Shown: positions 63,661-64,000 of the stretch, piece after piece
Numbering within the stretch: the stretch's first letter is position 1
Layout of the letters: each line of letters begins with the position of its first letter
Assembly: GCF_033153115.1 (NCBI RefSeq)
Contig: NW_026889750.1
Location: 29,760,001 to 29,824,000 of the forward strand
Length of the DNA stretch: 64,000 bases
Origin: Saccostrea echinata
Lineage: Eukaryota
Direction: 5' to 3'
The notes under the pieces: generated by a model
Told to the model about the DNA's origin: nothing
Databases searched by the model: none
The model's input: only the letters and a program-made list of their open reading frames with translations
Made by a program: the position numbers and the translations under genes

Positions 63661-64000
63661 ATTTAGCTGCGATGAATTTGTGCAGGTTGAATAAATTTCG
63701 GATACTGGATGGATGTTCCATACACCCGTCACTGCTAACCGCCCTATCCAAGAAACGGGTCATGGAGAACTACTTAATCTGCTCTTATGGAAAGGCAGAA
63801 AAACAAGTCTGGGTTCATAACGAAGGTCTTAATGATAGATAAATAGCTTAACATGACGATGCGTTTTAATTTTCCCCCCCAACACAACTGACAGTCCCAG
63901 CGGGACTTAGAGGTAATTGAATGATTATTGTAGGTGTTATTATGGGTTAATGTACGAGCTACCTCTCCATTCCTTTAAAGAAATAGAGCCCAGACCCGAA

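Overview
Eukaryotic, AT-rich, repeat-dense DNA. The repeat content (Helentron/HINE satellites, Penelope-like elements, Nin-type SINEs) points to a bivalve mollusc, probably an oyster; this is inference. Two convergent spliced genes were rebuilt by hand from GT-AG sites with consistent phases. (1) A + strand BZW/eIF5-mimic gene, 13 coding exons, 10265-17813, 419 aa, whose AUG sits in a poor context (UUUUUU-AUG-A). (2) A - strand 25-exon gene, 63660-36279, about 1343 aa, encoding a type I membrane protein: signal peptide, Sib/integrin-beta-like N-terminus, SbsA-type Ig domain, seven bacterial-type Ig-like repeats each on one phase 1-1 exon, a SEA-like domain with a furin motif, a 4-Cys EGF-like module, a TM helix and a short Tyr-rich tail. 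The rest is nested mobile DNA: a decayed RTE LINE with an HDV-like ribozyme remnant at its 5' end, many Penelope-like RT fragments, a minimal hammerhead ribozyme, HINEs, SINEs, MITEs, two CACTA-like elements and two copies of a TTAA-flanked Kolobok-like element. One copy carries nested insertions. The other has spawned a 43-bp minisatellite inside a 1.57-kb triplication. Most ORFs in the supplied track are spurious or TE-derived.
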